NCBI GenBank assembly: GCA_951406725.2
Contig: OX597819.1
Location: 123,504,001 to 123,568,000, forward strand
Origin: Octopus vulgaris
Taxonomy: Eukaryota
Reading direction: 5' to 3'
DNA length: 64,000 nt
In this document: positions 59,040 to 64,000 of the stretch, piece after piece
How positions within the stretch are numbered: the stretch's first letter is position 1
Layout of the letters: each line of letters opens with the position of its first letter
Position numbers and translations under genes: made by a program
The notes under the pieces: generated by a model
The model's database searches: none
Told to the model about the DNA's origin: nothing
Seen by the model: the letters and a program-made list of their open reading frames with translations, nothing else

Positions 59040-59719
59040 CTGAAAATCTTTTGACAGACTGAAATTAACTTGTGTTGCAAAACTTGCTTTAGAGTATGAG
59101 TTTAGCCGCCGCATGTGGTATATGGAAACCGTAAACATACATTCTCTACATGAATTTCTGATTTATAGCAATAATAGAAATTGGTTCGAGGTTTTCAATG
59201 ACACGTTCATTGTTAGTTTTACAATTAGCGTTTAACAAAAATTCTTGACAGATATGTACTTTTCTGCTCTAAGCACAAGGCTAGGAACTTTGTATTGGGG
59301 TCGCAGTCAATTATATCGACCCCAGTACGCAACTGTTACTTACTTTAGCGACTCCGAAATGATGAAATACGACCTCGCCGGAATTTGAACTCAGAACGTA
59401 AAGATAGACGAAATAACACTAAGCATTTCGCCCGGCGTGCTAACGATTCTGCCAGCTCGCAGCAATTCATGACCGATATATAACGCGACAAATAACACAG
59501 GAAATGTAAGAAAATTTGGACAAAAGAATACAAAATCATTTGGTGATAGGGACGAAGCCCCAATTAGCAAATTCCATCTGGGGACATATAATGCATTGTA
59601 TTATTTAATTAAGATCGTAGGGAGGTATTTTCCATGAATATTGGTTGTAATTCTAGGAAATGGAACATGGCGTTATGTATGTATGATTCACTGAAGTCCT
59701 CAGGGTTCCCATCTATTGG

Positions 59720-61790
59720 AACATAATTATACATACCCATTCAATGTTCACAATAACAAGATTCTATACATAGTGAGCTGGATTGCTGAAATAACTTACT
59801 ACATCCCATTCTTCATCCTCTAGGGTAACCCAATTAAACACCATTCCATTGATACCAAAGTGAAAGTAAAAAACAATCATTACCCTTGGAGATCGCACTG
59901 AGTAAACTATAAGAGGAATAGCGATTTTTTTCAATTATTTATATGAAATCTTAAACAATGATAGAAACAGGCTTCCAAGAGAGTAAAACGCTTATCTGGA
60001 GAATCAAAATACATTATAGAAATCAACCAATTAAAATACAACCGCCAACAGCAACCGCATTCAACAATAAAAGGCTTGAGTTGGAAAAACAGTATCTGCA
60101 GTTCAGAATGAAAACCTACATAGACAATAGAAAGGGCTGCTGACGAAAATTGAATAATCAAAAATAAAAACAGTTCCCGAAAATGTTTTATTCCTATGCC
60201 AACAATCGTAGGGATGATCTCTCATCCGTTCGCATATATATGAGACCAATGTTTTTCTTCAGTCTTATCTGCGTCATGTCTTAAATTTATGCTAATATGG
60301 AATTCCTCTACTACCGCTTGTAGATTTAATTTTTGGTCCTCTTCAAATTTTCTTAATATGTAAGAATCTACATCTACATCGTTGCATGCAGTTATCCTTC
60401 GAACAAAAATTAGACCATGAACATGTCAGGGCTTTATTCATTTAATTTAAATGTTTCTCCTTTGTTTACAACCCCAACATAGATTACTAAATCTTCATCA
60501 TCTTATTTTTTTTACCTAATTTAAACACTACCAGAGAGAATTGAACGGAGACATTCTTTCACAGAAAATTTCTCAACCAAAAATGGTGGAAGATCTTCAC
60601 AAACATTACTACTCTGTCTTTAGCGATCTCAAGGATATTGACTCAAGGATATTATCTTGGACAGAACTTTCATCGCCTCTAACATCATAGCAACAATAAA
60701 TAAAATCATGTACTATTCTGCTGTAGGACCTAATAGATTCGTCGCTAGTGTCGTGAAGGCATGTAGACATCGAATTGCGACCCCTCTAACCAATCTCTAG
60801 AGAAATTATTTACACCCGGGCTATGTACCGAAATACTTCCTATCTTAAACTGTTATGCCGAATTTGAAAATGGGAAACAGGTCTCTTACAGATAGATATT
60901 GTCAAATCTCACTCATAAATGTTTTTGAAAGAGTAGTGGGATAAAGGGCTTCCGGGAGAGCCAGCATGTACATCACATCAATGATATCCTCGAAGCTTTG
61001 GTATCACATTCGTATTCTGATGTCATATATCTTACCTTCAGTAAAGAGTGCTTCTGAGTCGACAAAAAAATCCTCGCTCCATAATTTTCAAATATTAGAA
61101 ATGGAACCCTTGGAAAACTACTGCACTGGATTATTTCCTGGTGAGCAGACCACATGTTCTTATAGATGACATCTCAAGCGTCATGAAACCCAGAAAATTA
61201 AGAATATATACAGATGGTTCTCAACGACAGAAAATCATCAATGGCATCCTTCCCTCTGGATTTCCCAGCTCAGAAAGCTAGATGTAATCTTCTCCTTTGT
61301 ATGGCCGCACCATGTGTCAACACACACGAGAATTTAGTATCTCAAGAGAGAGTTCATAAAAGAATACATAAAATCACGACTGATCACGGTTACAGAAGAT
61401 CCATACCTTCCATCTTTTCCGCGAGCCCTATATCATTTGCACAATGCGAAGTATATAACGCCGGAGGTACCCAAACGACCTTAACATCAGATTCAGAATT
61501 CATCCAATACACATAACACAAAAATTCACTACAATACGATTAATTTCGTTCCACAGGCCCTACTCTATTTAAATTTATCTAAAATCAAATCAGAGAAAAG
61601 GATTCGATTCGCCTCAAACAAAACCTGGATAAATTTCTTCAAGGGATAGCAGATAAACTACATTTACATGGGCTCATCTCAGTCAACTACTCCTTTCTTG
61701 AATGGGCCATGGTACCACTAAACGTGTCTTTAAAATGACTTAATAGCTCGTATCAGGTGGTGCAATTAAATTAGACATGGCCTGGGTAAC
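59720..61790 (+). mobile_element. Paralogous decayed CR1/L2-group LINE
   Basis: Colinear with 5050-6830. Confidence 0.65.
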
Positions 61791-62726
61791 TCTTTGACTG
61801 AGACAGATTTATGTTAAGTTATATATCCAAGAAATTCCGATAAACACAACTTCTTATAATTCGTTCCTACGTAGGTTGTCTAAATGTTTTCGATGAATGA
61901 TTGGACTTGGACTTTATCTCACTACTCTTTCAAAAACATTTATGAGTGAGATTTGACAATATCTATCTGTAAGAGACCTGTTTCCCATTTTCAAATTCGG
62001 CATAACAGTTTAAGATAGGAAGTATTTCGGTACATAGCCCGGGTGTAAATAATTTCTCTAGAGATTGGTTTGAGGGGTCGCAATTCGATGTCTACATGCC
62101 TTCACGACTCTAGCGACGAATTTATTAGGTCCTACAGCAGAATAGTACATGATTTTATTTATTATTGCTATGATGTTAGAGGTGATGAAACCCAAACTGT
62201 TTCAGTAACTGTACCTTGCTTTAGATGGAGTGGACAATGCCTTGGTACAGCACCATGGCATCCACTACGAGCATTTTTACCACTCTTTAAGCCGTAGTTA
62301 GTTACTACCGCTATAAGAATTTCCTTCAAGAAGTAAAACCGTCGCTGTTCCAGCCTCTACCTGCACTTCATCAGTTGCACAGATGCAAACGGCTTACTAT
62401 AGCAGCGTTGGATTGCTTCAAGCTCCCTTGTTACTTTGACAATATGCGGTGATAACAGCTAAGAGCAATAGTGCAAGGGTCTGAGAACAAATGTGTTCCG
62501 TGGAGCCAACGATTATCTTAGTGTCTCGTCCTGATGGACCTTAGTATCCATCCTGCCAACTGTCTTTACACTGTTGATATCTTGGAAATGTCTAAGTGTC
62601 TGTGATGCTCTCAGGTCCTGAATATCTAATATGTTGTGCATTTGAAACTTTGCAACATTAAGCTGCATATTATCTCGGACGGCCTGCCTGTATAATGCTT
62701 TAAGATGCTGCAGTACATACATACAT

Positions 62727-62776
<50 letters not shown>

Positions 62777-62819
62777 ATATATTTATTTATATATATATAT
62801 ACATATGTATATATATATG

Positions 62820-62907
<88 letters not shown>

Positions 62908-64000
62908 GAGAGAGAGAGAAAATAAATCTTTATATATAGGTGAATGTTACCCAGAAAGGTATTACTCGATCGTTGAAACATACTTGGGGAATTAAAAAGT
63001 AATTAGTTTACCATATTCGAATAAAGAAAACACATAAAAAGCATGATCAAATGCATTTGTAATCAAAAATCAAATAAATGAAACAATATCCTGGCCTGAT
63101 ATACACACAACTTTACAAACGCTCATGACTTAGTAGGGCAGCTTTGCCAGTTTATTTTTACACAGTGCCAATGTATCATTATGTTGTGGTTCTCTAAGAG
63201 CGAAGATAGAAGTATTTGCTTATAAATTGAAGTCATAAGTTTACTCAAACGAAACATCGTTATTGAAGGCGAACAGTAAATATTCTACTGGTCTTTCCAC
63301 TTATATCTGGAGATGAAAAGTTTCTTGTGACAGCATGTTACATATAACTTGGTGCATAACTTTCTTATGTATATTCATTATTACAATATAGTAACAAGAG
63401 AAATGAGCGTATATGTCATCTTTATGTTAAGGAGTAAACTTTTATTGTCGACAAAAATGAGCAGATTGCATAAGGGACTTATAATCTTTATGTATATAAC
63501 ACAATAGCTACTCCATAAATTTCGAAAATACAGAGATAAATGGCGACTGTCATTGAAAAATGTTCAATGAAAAGCCTTGCACATTCTCACATTGTATAGC
63601 TTTCATTTCCAATCTTCTTTATGTTTTATTTTCTTTCAAACTGTTTCGTACTTATTATATTATATACTTCATTCTAATTTTCGGAATTGAAAATTGTGAA
63701 GTTCAATTATTGGTGAGCAAGTTCTCATTTTACAAGCTGTTATTCATTTTTTCTCTTCCTTTCATTTCTCATTGCCCTTTCTTTAATAATGGAAGTAATA
63801 TTTTATAATACCAGAGTATAAGGTACTTAACTTTTTCTAACACAACTATGACAAATATATTTTAACTATTTAATTATTCGTTTGATCTTCTTGGTTTTTG
63901 TCTTTGAAGTAGCTCCTTTGACATTTGTGAATCTATTCAACATATTTAAAAATTTATTTGCATACTCGACTCACGTTCTTACTTTTTATTTCCCTCTCTG

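Overview
AT-rich, microsatellite-saturated animal genomic DNA. The SINE, Penelope and (TA)n/(CA)n/(GATA)n content suggests a cephalopod such as Octopus (inference). Almost all ORFs in the track are repeat artefacts. Under the repeats is a ~24-30 kb tandem segmental duplication: one partial copy at ~2.2-10 kb and two larger copies at ~12-39 kb and ~39-64 kb. Comparing the copies reveals a minus-strand multi-exon gene the ORF track misses. It has a 70-nt signal-peptide exon and at least two phase-1/1 cysteine-rich exons (C-x5/6-C-x14-C-x4-C), plus micro-exon candidates. The right copy is open across these exons; the middle copy looks pseudogenised. I cannot assign the protein to a known family. 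The window also has two young 5'-truncated Penelope-like retroelements with inverted pseudo-LTRs and older PLE relics. About six families of minimal hammerhead-ribozyme motifs occur, often inside DNA hairpins. Other content: three tRNA-like SINE families, Helitron-like elements, Tc1/mariner and Merlin relics, a telomeric-repeat-bearing foldback MITE, and CR1/RTE/Tx1-like LINE fragments. Alignments and identities were judged by eye.
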